Made by a program: the position numbers and the translations under genes
Notes under the pieces: generated by a model
Databases searched by the model: none
The model's input: only the letters and a program-made list of their open reading frames with translations
Told to the model about the DNA's origin: nothing
Shown here: piece after piece, positions 20,536 to 31,308 of the stretch
Layout of the letters: each line of letters starts with the position of its first letter
How positions within the stretch are numbered: the first letter of the stretch is position 1
Source of the DNA: Prochlorococcus sp. AG-311-D23
Lineage (GTDB): Bacteria > Cyanobacteriota > Cyanobacteriia > PCC-6307 > Cyanobiaceae
DNA: 64,000 nucleotides
Direction of reading: 5' to 3'
Assembly: GCA_003284445.1 (NCBI GenBank)
Contig: QBVH01000001.1
Span: forward strand, 17,947 to 81,946

Positions 20536-20760
20536 ATGAGTAATAATTCTTTTGACATTAACTACTTATCTCCTACAGGTTTGATTGGCTTTTGGGTGCT
20601 ATTAATTGGATTTATCTTTACAGGTATTATGTTCTATTTTGTCTTTTTTAGGCTTAATGAAGATGATGATTCATACAAGGACCGAAAAAGAAAAAATCTA
20701 GAGAGAGAAAAGCAAAAGAAGAAAATAGCAAGACTTTATCCAAAAGGGAAATACTATTGA
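20536..20760 (+). CDS. Small single-TM protein
   Basis: TM helix followed by a basic tail. Confidence 0.65.
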   Translation: MSNNSFDINYLSPTGLIGFWVLLIGFIFTGIMFYFVFFRLNEDDDSYKDRKRKNLEREKQKKKIARLYPKGKYY

Positions 20761-20984
20761 TTTCGTTTTTTTGAAAACTTAAATTAATTGGTCTAAACAC
20801 GACATCTCATTTAATTAAAAAAAAGACTCAATAAATGATATTACCTTTTTAAGCAAAAGCATTTACTCTCTATTACATCTCGTTTTTGTTCAGGAGATTT
20901 TGATTTATTGGGCTAATAAAAGGAGATAATAGAAATAGAAAGAAAGTGGCTTCTAACTATTGAAAGCCTATTTTAATTAAACCT

Positions 20985-21335
20985 ATGGCTCTTAATCAAG
21001 CAAACACGAGTATTAATCTTAATAACCAGTCCTCTTTTTCGGCTTCGGGGAAACAAGTTCCTGCGGCTTTATCAATGATGGTGGACTCAATGACAAGCAT
21101 GGTGGAAAGAGCAAAAATCGATTTAGAGAATGTTGATCAACGAGCTAGAGCAGACCTTGAGAACATCGATCAAAGAGCAAGAAAAGATGTTGCACTCCTG
21201 GACCAAAGAGCAAGGGAGGATATTCAAAAAGTTGATAAAAAAGCCAGAAAAGATATAGCCACTCTAGATAAAAGAGCAAGAGAAGATCATGAGCTACTGA
21301 GAAAGGTCCGCAAATCGAAAGGATTAACCTCTTGA
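20985..21335 (+). CDS. Hendecad (11-aa) repeat helical protein
   Basis: Five to six tandem D(Q/K)(R/K)AR.D repeats with an 11-residue period. Confidence 0.8.
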   Translation: MALNQANTSINLNNQSSFSASGKQVPAALSMMVDSMTSMVERAKIDLENVDQRARADLENIDQRARKDVALLDQRAREDIQKVDKKARKDIATLDKRAREDHELLRKVRKSKGLTS

Positions 21336-21436
21336 GATCTACTGTTTACAAAGTAAAAAATTCAAGCACCCGTATAGAATAAAGATTTAATTATTTAAAA
21401 CTAATACTTTAATTAAATCCCACTTATTTAGAATAA

Positions 21437-21611
21437 GTACCGCTTTGCCGTAAGGCCCAAGAAGCATCGACCTGGAAGAACCAGAGGGGGATTCAAAGTG
21501 GAGCTTCGTTTCCAGAACAAGCCGGTATACGTCACTTTCACGACAGCTTCCCCAAATCGAAAGAGAGTCAGATCAGAGCACTTGAAAAGGCCAATACCAA
21601 CAAAGTAGTAC
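21437..21611 (-). ncRNA. ssrS: 6S RNA (SsrS/SsaA; Yfr7)
   Basis: GC-richer 175-nt segment directly downstream of purK, the known cyanobacterial position. The ends pair (GTAC..CTTTGTTG / CGGCAAAG..GTAC) to form a long rod. Contains CCGGCTTGTTCTGG.AACGAAGCTCCAC. Confidence 0.88.
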
Positions 21612-21635
21612 ATGAACAATATAAAACAAATATTA

Positions 21636-22781
21636 TCAAGAGGTCGGCCAAATTGACCGTATGGTTTGTAAAACATCTAATGCTTCTGTTTTTCTAGACA
21701 AAGCGTCCTTATTATTCAGGAGATACGTGACATGACCAAGCTTCCTGCCCTTTTTTTCTTCCTCTTTTTCATACCAATGAACATTCAAGCCAGGAATACT
21801 CCTCAAATCATCCAATCTTTGGGTAAGTGATGTTGGATAGTTACTTTGCAAACCAAGCAAGTTTGCCATTAAAGCACCATTAACAAGCATTTCAGGCATG
21901 GGAACATCAATACCAGTGGTGATACAAATTTGTTGATCAAACTGACTGCTGCTACAAGCATCAATAGAAAAATGACCAGAATTATGAGTTCTTGGTGCTA
22001 TTTCATTTACAAGTAATCCCTCAGATCCATAGAAAAATTCAATAGCAATAACTCCAACATATTCCAACTGAGCAAGCAACGAAGCTACGATATTTCTAAC
22101 CATAAGATCAACATCATGATTGATATCAGCTGGAGCAAGGACCCAATCGCATACTTGTTTAGATTGATATGTCTCTACAATTGGTAAGCTACGAACAACT
22201 CCTTTTGAATCCCTACTAGAAACAATAGATAATTCCTTATCAAAAGAGATCCATTTCTCTAACATCCATTGCTCTTCTCTTTCAATTACTAAAAATTCTT
22301 CGAGTTGCTTTAGATTTTTAATTATTTTAGTTCCTTTTCCGTCATATCCACCTTTGGCAGCTTTTGCCATTAAAGGAAATCCCCAATCTGCAGGAAGATC
22401 AATTTCTGATGGTTTTTCTAATGGTATAGCTATCCAATCAGGGCAGGGAATATCAAGACTATTTAATAACTCTCTTTGAGTTATTTTATTAATTAAAGGT
22501 CTTATTGATTGAAGTCTAGGGACAAAAGAAACTCCGTTATTTTCAAGAGAAAGTAAACTTGAGATATCAACCCATTCATTCTCAAAAGTAATCAAGCTAG
22601 TCTTTTCTGCAAGAAGTTTTGTACCCACTGGATTTGTAGGATCATGCAAAATGACTTGATTTGTCTTTTTGGCAGCAGGATCAGTTTTAGCCGCCGTCTG
22701 AACAACGACATCAATATCTCTTTTCTTTCCAGCCTCAACCAAAAGCATTGCAAGCTGTCCTCCACCTACGACCCCAATCAT
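21636..22781 (-). CDS. purK: N5-carboxyaminoimidazole ribonucleotide synthase
   Basis: GGGQLA, GYDGKG, NEIAPRTHNSGH and RKLGHVT. Confidence 0.96.
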   Translation of the reverse strand: MIGVVGGGQLAMLLVEAGKKRDIDVVVQTAAKTDPAAKKTNQVILHDPTNPVGTKLLAEKTSLITFENEWVDISSLLSLENNGVSFVPRLQSIRPLINKITQRELLNSLDIPCPDWIAIPLEKPSEIDLPADWGFPLMAKAAKGGYDGKGTKIIKNLKQLEEFLVIEREEQWMLEKWISFDKELSIVSSRDSKGVVRSLPIVETYQSKQVCDWVLAPADINHDVDLMVRNIVASLLAQLEYVGVIAIEFFYGSEGLLVNEIAPRTHNSGHFSIDACSSSQFDQQICITTGIDVPMPEMLVNGALMANLLGLQSNYPTSLTQRLDDLRSIPGLNVHWYEKEEEKKGRKLGHVTYLLNNKDALSRKTEALDVLQTIRSIWPTS

Positions 22782-23057
22782 TTAGTTAAAGACCTCATTT
22801 TTCGAGCTTTGGTCAAGCAATGCAAACAACAAAATCGCGAACAAACAAATAAAATAATATATGAAAATCTGATTTTAATAAAAACATCCTTGATTCACAA
22901 CCTAAAAAACATCCCACCATTTGATCCCAGAATAAATAATGAACGTATACGAATACATATCATTTGATTATGAAATGTGTTCGTCAACCATATAATTACT
23001 TCTATATTTTGATGATTTAATGTAATAAAGCATCAAAAAATTTATACCCTCACAATC

Positions 23058-24164
23058 GTGAATAAAGACAACCACCATATTAAAGTCTCTCTAACTACCA
23101 ACCCATACGAAATAGTTATTGGAAAAAGTATTCTTGAAGACATAGGAGATGAGCTACTTAATATTGGTTTCAAGGAAGGACTAAAAGTATTAGTCGTGTC
23201 TAATAAGGAAGTCTCTGATCACTATGGTGATTGCATAATTAAAAGTCTGATTAAAAGTAAATTCAACCCAAAGCTTTTAATAATCAAAGCAGGAGAAGAC
23301 CAAAAAAATCAATCTTCAATAGATTTAATCCACAATGAAGCATATGAAGCGAGATTAGAGAGAGGATCATTAATGATTGCCCTTGGAGGTGGCGTAATTG
23401 GAGACATGACTGGCTTTGCAGCTTCTACATGGTTACGTGGAATTAATGTAGTCCAAATTCCCACAACATTACTTGCCATGGTTGATGCTTCTATTGGTGG
23501 TAAAACAGGAATAAATCATTCGAAAGGTAAAAATCTTATAGGTGCTTTTCATCAACCTAAATTGGTCTTAATAGACCCTAAAACATTATTTACTCTCCCA
23601 TCGAGAGAGTTCAAAGCAGGTATGGCTGAAATAATAAAGTACGGAGTTATATCAGACATACAACTATTCGATCTTCTAGAGAGGCAAGAAAATATTTCTG
23701 AACTTTCAAATATGAAAGAAAAACTACTGATAGAGATAATTAAGCGTTCTGCTAAATCTAAAGCAGAAATTGTTATTAAAGATGAGAAGGAGAGTGGAGT
23801 TAGAGCATTTTTAAATTATGGTCACACATTTGGTCACGTAATAGAAAATCTTTGTGGTTATGGGAAATGGCTTCATGGTGAGGCAGTAGCAATTGGTATG
23901 GTTGCAGTAGGCCAATTAGCAGTTCAGAGGGGACTATGGGAAGAGGTTGACGCAAAAAGGCAAAAACGATTAATAGAGAAAGCAGGTTTACCTTCTAGCT
24001 GGCCCCAGCTTGATCTAGAGAGTGTTCTAAGCTCACTTCAAGGAGACAAGAAAGTTAAAAACGGCAAGGTGAGTTTTGTTATGCCGTTAAAAATTGGTGA
24101 AGTAAAATTATTCAATAATATCTCTAATAAAGAAATACGTGAATGCTTGCAAAAGATTAGCTAA
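23058..24164 (+). CDS. aroB: 3-dehydroquinate synthase
   Basis: GGGVIGD, PTTLLAMVDASIGGKT, LNYGHTFGH and HGEAV. Confidence 0.97.
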   Translation: MNKDNHHIKVSLTTNPYEIVIGKSILEDIGDELLNIGFKEGLKVLVVSNKEVSDHYGDCIIKSLIKSKFNPKLLIIKAGEDQKNQSSIDLIHNEAYEARLERGSLMIALGGGVIGDMTGFAASTWLRGINVVQIPTTLLAMVDASIGGKTGINHSKGKNLIGAFHQPKLVLIDPKTLFTLPSREFKAGMAEIIKYGVISDIQLFDLLERQENISELSNMKEKLLIEIIKRSAKSKAEIVIKDEKESGVRAFLNYGHTFGHVIENLCGYGKWLHGEAVAIGMVAVGQLAVQRGLWEEVDAKRQKRLIEKAGLPSSWPQLDLESVLSSLQGDKKVKNGKVSFVMPLKIGEVKLFNNISNKEIRECLQKIS

Positions 24165-25359
24165 TAGGCTCTTCAAGAAAACGATTTCCGAAAATCAAAT
24201 TATTACTATTATCCTTCTGAAAAGCCAACCACCTAAAGTCCCCCAGTCCCATTGGATCAACTAGTCTCAATAATGACTCTCTGCGATTTAATGCGGCTGA
24301 TAGATCATTACTATTTGTTTTTTGAATAGAATAAAGAAAATTTGAAAGTCCTAAGGCCAAAAGAGCTTGACCCTGCCTAGTCTCACCCATAAATTTCCAT
24401 CCGTTAGTCAGAGCATAATTAACGGTTGATTCGATACATAAATGTGCTGTCAAATCACACAAGCCAGCATCTTTTAAAACATTAGAATTTGCTTCTTGAT
24501 TTCTATAGGAAATAAGAGTACCGTCCTTTCTCATTACGTTGTAGTAGCGCTTTGATTCCATCGCATAATCGACAACTAATAATGAGCCATTGATTAAAAC
24601 CTTAGACAACTCCCCAAACCAACTCTGCAGATCACAATGCCACTCGGTGACCCATCTATTACAAATATCCTTTGGTGGGAAGTCAATCTTTAAAATACTA
24701 TTAGATTCTTGCAAAAATTTAATAATCTCAGGAGTAGGTTTGAGATCAATAAACTCCAAAGAATATTCGTCATTTATTTTTTTCAAAGATACTCCTTGCC
24801 TAAAAACATTATTGTTACAAAAAACCAACCTTTCTACGGGAAATGCATCTAAGACCTCATTAGCTATAACTACTCCAGTTACTGGGCTTAAGATGAGATC
24901 ATCGATGTTACTCCAGCGATAATTAATCCCCTCCAAATTATTAACTACTTTTTCTTGTCGTCTTCTCATTCCTAGATTTAATTCAACGAGAATAAGCTCA
25001 ATTTTATTGGTTAAAGCAGGTGCAATTTCAGTAATAGCCGCTATCAAATCTCTTGATAAAGTCCCTTCTCCCGGCCCAATCTCAATAATAGAAAACAATT
25101 TTGAATCAATTCCTGATTTTTCTAGATCAAGAAGCCAATCAACTACTTGAATAGCTAATAAACGTGCAAAATCATTACTCAAAGATGGTGCAGTACAAAA
25201 GTCTCCATTCTTACCAATAGTCAATTTTCCAGTTGAATAAAATCCATTATCTGGATCATTTAAAACTAAATCCATATATCTGTAGAAACTAATTGAGCCG
25301 CCGCTTTCTCCAATGCGATCAATTAACCATTGAGGACATCTCGCGGTCGGGTCAATCAT
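24157..25359 (-). CDS. SAM-dependent methyltransferase, MidA/NDUFAF7 (DUF185) family
   Basis: GDFCTAP, EIGPGEG, ANEVLDAFP and DLTAH. Start probably ATG 25359, although the ORF extends to 25407. Confidence 0.88.
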   Translation of the reverse strand: MIDPTARCPQWLIDRIGESGGSISFYRYMDLVLNDPDNGFYSTGKLTIGKNGDFCTAPSLSNDFARLLAIQVVDWLLDLEKSGIDSKLFSIIEIGPGEGTLSRDLIAAITEIAPALTNKIELILVELNLGMRRRQEKVVNNLEGINYRWSNIDDLILSPVTGVVIANEVLDAFPVERLVFCNNNVFRQGVSLKKINDEYSLEFIDLKPTPEIIKFLQESNSILKIDFPPKDICNRWVTEWHCDLQSWFGELSKVLINGSLLVVDYAMESKRYYNVMRKDGTLISYRNQEANSNVLKDAGLCDLTAHLCIESTVNYALTNGWKFMGETRQGQALLALGLSNFLYSIQKTNSNDLSAALNRRESLLRLVDPMGLGDFRWLAFQKDNSNNLIFGNRFLEEPIS

Positions 25360-25391
25360 GATGGAGAATACCTTTAGAGAAAATAAAGCAC

Positions 25392-26195
25392 ATGCTGAAG
25401 AAATCATTTAATAGAGCCATAATTTTTTGTCTGGGACTAGTAATTATGTTTTCAATGGGCGGAAGTGCATTTGCATACGATAATCCTGAATTATTACCAA
25501 AAGAACAAACACCCATAATCGATCTCGCAAAAACTCTTAGTGAGAAACAAAGATTAGACTTGGAGAACTCACTAAAATCTTATGAACAAGAAACTGGGTG
25601 GAAAATAAGGGTTTTGTCGCAATATGAGAAAACCCCTGGTTTAGCAGTGAAGGACTATTGGAATCTTGATGAGACAAGTTTACTTATAATCGCTGATCCA
25701 AGAGGAGGGAACTTACTTAGTTTTAATGTGGGAGATGCTTACTTTGCACTCATGCCCAGAATATTTTGGGTTGAATTACAAACTAGGTTTGGCAACCAAT
25801 TTTATGTAAGAGATAATGGAGAGGACGGTGCAATCTTAGCTTCAATTCAAGCAGTGGAGACCTGCTTAGACCGTGGTGGATGTGAAGTTGTACCCGGCTT
25901 ACCCCAGGAACAATGGCAATGGACTTTATTGACCTCTTTGTTGGGAGGAATTATTGCAGGTTTCGCAGCTTCGCCAAGAAAAGAAAATGAATCATTTTCA
26001 ATAGGATGGCTTTTGCTCCTTTCTCCACTTTGGATAATGCTATTTGGAATTTTTGGCATTGCTCCTGTGGTAACAAGAACAAATGACATTTTGCCTTTAA
26101 TGAGAAATATTTTGGGATTTATCGGCTCTGCAATTGGTGCTTATTTGATTGCAGAAAGAAAATTTAAGGATCCTGATTTAAATAAGCAAAGTTAA
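25392..26195 (+). CDS. TPM-domain membrane protein
   Basis: Signal peptide, IIDLAKTL, LQTRFGNQFYV and C-terminal TMs. Confidence 0.82.
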   Translation: MLKKSFNRAIIFCLGLVIMFSMGGSAFAYDNPELLPKEQTPIIDLAKTLSEKQRLDLENSLKSYEQETGWKIRVLSQYEKTPGLAVKDYWNLDETSLLIIADPRGGNLLSFNVGDAYFALMPRIFWVELQTRFGNQFYVRDNGEDGAILASIQAVETCLDRGGCEVVPGLPQEQWQWTLLTSLLGGIIAGFAASPRKENESFSIGWLLLLSPLWIMLFGIFGIAPVVTRTNDILPLMRNILGFIGSAIGAYLIAERKFKDPDLNKQS

Positions 26196-26234
26196 AGTCA
26201 ATTGGGTATGAAGAAAATAAAAATATAGTGAATA

Positions 26235-27125
26235 CTAGTTTTCTTGGTTTAATAAAATTTCTTTATATGCAATTGATGCATCATTCCTAAACCATCTGTG
26301 GGACACATGAACAAGCTTATTATTAGAGAACTCAACCCAAGAAAAATGACACAAATTCTCACCTGCAGAATCAATACCTCTTCTTGGGACACACGCTGCA
26401 TTTAAATATGAAGTCCCCCATAGATCTTGAGCAAAAGTTTTTCTAGTTCGATTCCCCCCAATTCTTAATTGATGATGAGTGTGGCCAAAAACGACTAATT
26501 CTGGAACTCTAAATTTACGAATTTGATCAATTGCGATACCAAGATCTTTATCTCCCCAATCCATTGAGGGCAATTTCCAATCTCTGCCACAAAGACTAGA
26601 AGCCTCTGATCCAAGACCTACTGGTCCAGAATGAGCAAGTATTAATAAAGGAAAATCTAATGGTGCAGACTTGGCGGCAGAAACAATCCTAAAGACAGAT
26701 TCATCAAGGCTAACCTCCCCGAATACAGATTTAACTTCTGGTGTTAAGAAAAACCCTCCCCCACCACTGCAAGGCCTAGCTCCAACGACAGAAAGTTCAT
26801 TTAATGCCCATTTCGATAAATTCCAAGAACAATTCTTTTCGCCTAACAAATCCAACTGTGCTTGTAAAACATTACCAGATCCGTCTCTACCTCTATCATG
26901 ATTTCCCAGTACTACAGAAGTGGGTAGAGAAATTTTATTTATTCCCCGAACAATTCTTAAATCACCATCGGACAAATCGCCAACAAATAAAACACCATCA
27001 GGATTCAGTTCCAAAAGCAGATCTAGATCATCCTGACTCCATGAGCCATGTAAATCCCCAGCGATAGCAATTCGGATATCTGTCAGATTTTTTTGGAAAT
27101 TACCCTCTATACTGCCCCAACACAT
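26235..27125 (-). CDS. Metallophosphoesterase, DevT-like (TIGR04168 type)
   Basis: GDLHG, GDL, GNHD, AHSGP and GHTHH. The true start is uncertain. Confidence 0.85.
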   Translation of the reverse strand: MCWGSIEGNFQKNLTDIRIAIAGDLHGSWSQDDLDLLLELNPDGVLFVGDLSDGDLRIVRGINKISLPTSVVLGNHDRGRDGSGNVLQAQLDLLGEKNCSWNLSKWALNELSVVGARPCSGGGGFFLTPEVKSVFGEVSLDESVFRIVSAAKSAPLDFPLLILAHSGPVGLGSEASSLCGRDWKLPSMDWGDKDLGIAIDQIRKFRVPELVVFGHTHHQLRIGGNRTRKTFAQDLWGTSYLNAACVPRRGIDSAGENLCHFSWVEFSNNKLVHVSHRWFRNDASIAYKEILLNQEN

Positions 27126-28111
27126 TGAATTGGGAACTAATTACTACTGTTTCCTATCACAAGACTGATATTTCAGTCTCAAATAAAAGCGAAAATCTCA
27201 TTAATGAGATCAATTTCTTGCGTAAAAAAAGAAACGCTATAATTCTGGCTCATTATTACCAAGAGCCTGCGATACAGGATATTGCAGATTTTATTGGAGA
27301 TTCACTTGAATTATCAAGAAAAGCTTCTGAGACAAATGCAGATGTCATAGTTTTTTGTGGCGTTCATTTCATGGCTGAGACAGCAAAGATCTTGAGTCCA
27401 AATAAGATTGTTCTTCTTCCTGATTTTGATGCCGGATGCACACTCGCAGATGATTGCCAACCTGATGACTTCCAAAAATTCTTAGACAAGCATCCTGATC
27501 ATTTTGCCATCAGTTATGTAAATTGTAGTGCCGCGGTAAAGGCAAAAAGTGACCTAATTTGTACGAGTAGTAACGCAGTTGAGCTGGTAAACAAATTACC
27601 AAAAGATTTACCTATTTTATTTTCACCAGATAGGAATCTTGGCAAATGGGTTGAACGTCAAAGTGGCAGAAAATTAACCTTGTGGCCAGGCAGATGTCTT
27701 GTCCATGAAACTTTTAATGAAAAATCTCTTATAAAATTAAAAATCAAAAATCCAACCGCTGAAGTTCTTGCCCATCCTGAATGTCAAGAGAATCTTTTAG
27801 ATTTAGCAGATTTCATAGGTTCAACAAGCAAATTGCTGAATTATTCGCAAAATAGTAAGAAAGATAAATTTATCGTGCTAACTGAGCCAGGAATAATTCA
27901 TCAAATGAGATTAAAAGACCCTTTAAAGACATATATAGAAGTACCTGGACTAGATGGTTGTAGTTGTAATGAATGCCCATACATGAGAATGAATACCTTA
28001 GAAAAAGTATTAAATTGCCTAAAAGAAATGAAGCCAGAGTTGCACATGGACGAACAAATTAGATCATTGGCCTACAAGCCTCTGAAAAAAATGCTTGATA
28101 TGAGTAATTGA
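27125..28111 (+). CDS. nadA: Quinolinate synthase A
   Basis: LAHYYQ, GDSL, FCGVHFMAETAKIL, HPEC and CPYM. Confidence 0.96.
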   Translation: MNWELITTVSYHKTDISVSNKSENLINEINFLRKKRNAIILAHYYQEPAIQDIADFIGDSLELSRKASETNADVIVFCGVHFMAETAKILSPNKIVLLPDFDAGCTLADDCQPDDFQKFLDKHPDHFAISYVNCSAAVKAKSDLICTSSNAVELVNKLPKDLPILFSPDRNLGKWVERQSGRKLTLWPGRCLVHETFNEKSLIKLKIKNPTAEVLAHPECQENLLDLADFIGSTSKLLNYSQNSKKDKFIVLTEPGIIHQMRLKDPLKTYIEVPGLDGCSCNECPYMRMNTLEKVLNCLKEMKPELHMDEQIRSLAYKPLKKMLDMSN

Positions 28112-28674
28112 TTTCAGGTGTGAATTTATCTCTTTTCATTGTTGTTTTAGGTGGAAGAAGTCTAAAAAGTAATATAGAAATACACGATGTAAGATGGGTT
28201 ATAGGGGAATCACTTGAAAAAACATTCCCAGAACTTAGAGAACAATGGTTAGGGAAGATTAGCGGGCTTCATATTGATAGTTATAAGTGTATTAAATATA
28301 TAGATGGCTATGAAATAGTCATCTCTAAATCTAATGAAAATAATTTAAATTCCCCCAAAATAGAGGACCTAAAACTTTGGTTTGTTAATTTAGGTGGCTA
28401 CAATCCTAAAAAAATGTATGAAGAACATGAATTTAAACTAGTTGTAGCTAAAAAAGCTAATGAGGCAAAGAAAAAAGCTAAAAAAAATTGGGAAACAAAT
28501 TTATTAAAAAAGCATAATGATGACTACTCAGATATAAATCATTTTGAACAGATTGACGATTTACATCCTATAAAAATAAAGAATTGGGAAATAAATCTCA
28601 TACCAGACGCTCATAAAAGAAGTGAAAAAATTATTCCTGACTGGTATGGATATAGGAGAATTGACAAATTCTAA
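28108..28674 (+). CDS. DUF1543 family protein
   Basis: LGGR...NIEIHDV, LHIDSY and FVNLGGY...EEH. Confidence 0.82.
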   Translation: MISGVNLSLFIVVLGGRSLKSNIEIHDVRWVIGESLEKTFPELREQWLGKISGLHIDSYKCIKYIDGYEIVISKSNENNLNSPKIEDLKLWFVNLGGYNPKKMYEEHEFKLVVAKKANEAKKKAKKNWETNLLKKHNDDYSDINHFEQIDDLHPIKIKNWEINLIPDAHKRSEKIIPDWYGYRRIDKF

Positions 28675-29988
28675 CTATTTTTTTAAGGCATAGCTCAAAT
28701 TTGATTTCAAGGGATTATAAGAATTTTTATTAACTTCAACTGTAAACTTTTTAAGTAATATATTTTCAGCAGCAACATATTGACTATCTTTTAAAGTTCC
28801 TAGATCTGAATTTGTTAACTTATTTTTATCATTTAACAAAAGTTCTGCTCTAATATCTGGCTCTATTCCATTTTTATTAATATCTTTGCCACTTGGTGTT
28901 AAATATTTAGCGACCGTAACTGTTAGACCTGAGCCATCAGAAAGAGATCTGACAGACTGAACTAGTCCTTTACCAAAAGTCTTTTTCCCAACCAGTACTC
29001 CTCTTTTATTATCTTTAATTGCTGCAGAGAGAATCTCGCTAGCACTCGCAGATCCTTCATCGATTAAAACTACAACTGGTCTATTAGTTAAGGCTCTACT
29101 TTTTGCTTTTCTAATATCAGTAATACCATCTTTAGTTTTTGTACTAACAATAATGCCTGTATTTATCCATTGTCTAGCTATTTCAATGCTTGCCTCAAGC
29201 AAACCACCAGGATTACTTCTTAGGTCTAATACATAACCAAAAGGTTGTTGTTTTTCTAATTTATTAATCGATAAACTCATTTCTTTTGGAGATTTTGCAT
29301 TGAATTGTTTTAACCTTAGATAACCAATCTTCGCACCTGAAACTGTATTGTTTATTCGACTATCAACTACATTAATTTCAATTCTATCTCGTATTAATGA
29401 GACTTTAAACAACTCATCTTCTCTAATTATACCTAGATCAACCTTCGTTCCTTTTTTGCCTCGAATAAGTTTAACTGTACTATCTATACTCAAGCCTTCG
29501 ATAGGCTTACCATCTATGGATACTATTATATCTTTAGGCTTAATGCCTGCAACAAAGGCTGGCGTTCCTTCTATGGGTGATACAACAACAATTTGATTAG
29601 TTACCTCATCTAGAGAAATTTGAATACCTACTCCCATCAGTTCACCCGTTGTATCTATTTTCATTTCATTGAATTCTTTAGGATCTAAAAATCTTGTATA
29701 AGGATCATTTAATTCTGCCAACATACCCTTAATGGCAATATATGCATCGTCATTATCAAAATATTTATTTGACAGTATTTCCTTTCTTAATTTAATCCAA
29801 TCATTTGGCTTATATTTCCCTGAATAGTCCAAAAAGTCACGATAAATAATTTGCCATACTTGATCAATAATCTCCTTTGGATTGTTACTAATCAAAGTAG
29901 AAGAATTAGCCTGGAAGGAAAAAGATGGTGATGGAAATATAGATATTAACAAACATATTTTTAAGAATCTCTTCAACATAATTATCAA
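28675..29988 (-). CDS. ctpA: Carboxyl-terminal processing protease (S41)
   Basis: DPYTRF, PDZ domain, DLRSNPGG, SASASE and TFGKG.VQ. Paralog identity is uncertain. Confidence 0.88.
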   Translation of the reverse strand: MIIMLKRFLKICLLISIFPSPSFSFQANSSTLISNNPKEIIDQVWQIIYRDFLDYSGKYKPNDWIKLRKEILSNKYFDNDDAYIAIKGMLAELNDPYTRFLDPKEFNEMKIDTTGELMGVGIQISLDEVTNQIVVVSPIEGTPAFVAGIKPKDIIVSIDGKPIEGLSIDSTVKLIRGKKGTKVDLGIIREDELFKVSLIRDRIEINVVDSRINNTVSGAKIGYLRLKQFNAKSPKEMSLSINKLEKQQPFGYVLDLRSNPGGLLEASIEIARQWINTGIIVSTKTKDGITDIRKAKSRALTNRPVVVLIDEGSASASEILSAAIKDNKRGVLVGKKTFGKGLVQSVRSLSDGSGLTVTVAKYLTPSGKDINKNGIEPDIRAELLLNDKNKLTNSDLGTLKDSQYVAAENILLKKFTVEVNKNSYNPLKSNLSYALKK

Positions 29989-30032
29989 ATAATTTTTCTA
30001 ATACTAAAACAATAAAAAGATATATTCTACTT

Positions 30033-31256
30033 TTAAGGATCTATCCATTTACCATCCTCTTTAATTAAATCAACCAATGCCTGAACACCTTCATCCTCAG
30101 GTACCCTCTTAATTTCATCTCTATTCCTATAAAGAGCAATGGTTCCAACACCTTTTCCTACATAACCATAATCAGCATCTGCCATCTCTCCGGGCCCATT
30201 AACAATGCAACCCATTACAGCAATATCCAAACCCGTTAAATGTTGAGTAGCGTCTCTAACTCTTGCTACAACTTCCTCTAAATTAAATAATGTTCTACCA
30301 CAACTAGGACAACTAATATATTCAACCATGGTTTTTCTCAAACCAACCGCTTGTAAAATTGAATATGCAACTGGTATTTCTTTTTCGGGCGCCTCTGTTA
30401 AAGAGACTCTAATTGTATCTCCAATACCTTCGGATAGTAATGTCCCTATCCCTACCGTACTTTTAATTCTTCCATAATCCCCGTCTCCCGCTTCCGTTAC
30501 ACCCAAATGCAGAGGATAATTAAATCCCTCTTTGTCCATTGTGTCAGCCATCATTCTATAAGCTGCAAGCATCACGGGAGCTCGAGAAGCCTTCATCGAA
30601 ATTACAATATTATGAAAATCTAATGAATGACATATTCGAATAAATTCCATAGCTGATTCAACCATTCCAAATGGAGTATCTCCATAAGCAAATAACATTC
30701 TTTCAGACAAAGAGCCATGGTTAACGCCTATTCTGAGTGCCTTATTTTGCTCTTTTAAAGTATTAACAATTGGTTGGAATTTTTGTATGATCTTCTCTTT
30801 AATTACATCAATTTCATCTTTAGTAAATTCAGTTCTATTGGGATCAGGTTTTTCAAAAACGAATAATCCAGGGTTGATACGAACTTTATCTACATGCTTA
30901 GCTACTTCTAAAGCTATTTTCATTCCATTATGGTGAACATCTGCTACTAAAGGAACTGGTTGATAAGTGCTAGCTAGAAGTTTCTTGATTTCTCCCACAG
31001 CTTTTGCACTTGCAATAGTTGGAACTGTTAATCTGACGATCTCACATCCAACTTCATGCAATCTCCTTATTGCTGCCGTTGAACCCTCGATATCCATCGT
31101 ATCTTCATTAATCATTGATTGAACACGCACTGGATTATCTCCACCGATGCCAATATCACCTACCATTACTGGCCTAGTATCTCTACGAATAATTCTGGTG
31201 CTATATCGCTGAGAGAGATTATTTCCTTCCATATTCTTTTCTAGGGTCGCAATCAT
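30033..31256 (-). CDS. ispG: 4-hydroxy-3-methylbut-2-en-1-yl diphosphate synthase
   Basis: [28 protein letters not shown] and GCIVNGPGE. Confidence 0.97.
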   Translation of the reverse strand: MIATLEKNMEGNNLSQRYSTRIIRRDTRPVMVGDIGIGGDNPVRVQSMINEDTMDIEGSTAAIRRLHEVGCEIVRLTVPTIASAKAVGEIKKLLASTYQPVPLVADVHHNGMKIALEVAKHVDKVRINPGLFVFEKPDPNRTEFTKDEIDVIKEKIIQKFQPIVNTLKEQNKALRIGVNHGSLSERMLFAYGDTPFGMVESAMEFIRICHSLDFHNIVISMKASRAPVMLAAYRMMADTMDKEGFNYPLHLGVTEAGDGDYGRIKSTVGIGTLLSEGIGDTIRVSLTEAPEKEIPVAYSILQAVGLRKTMVEYISCPSCGRTLFNLEEVVARVRDATQHLTGLDIAVMGCIVNGPGEMADADYGYVGKGVGTIALYRNRDEIKRVPEDEGVQALVDLIKEDGKWIDP

Positions 31257-31308
31257 GGGTTAACAATTGAGCCTCTTTAATAAATAAGAATGACATATTT
31301 AAGGGCTA

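Noticed and set aside
21120-21290. 33-bp periodic repeats as a possible CRISPR array
   Set aside because: They are degenerate in-frame coding repeats with no spacers and no cas genes.
21428-21676. 82-aa ORF after purK
   Set aside because: It coincides with the 6S RNA, which explains the sequence better.
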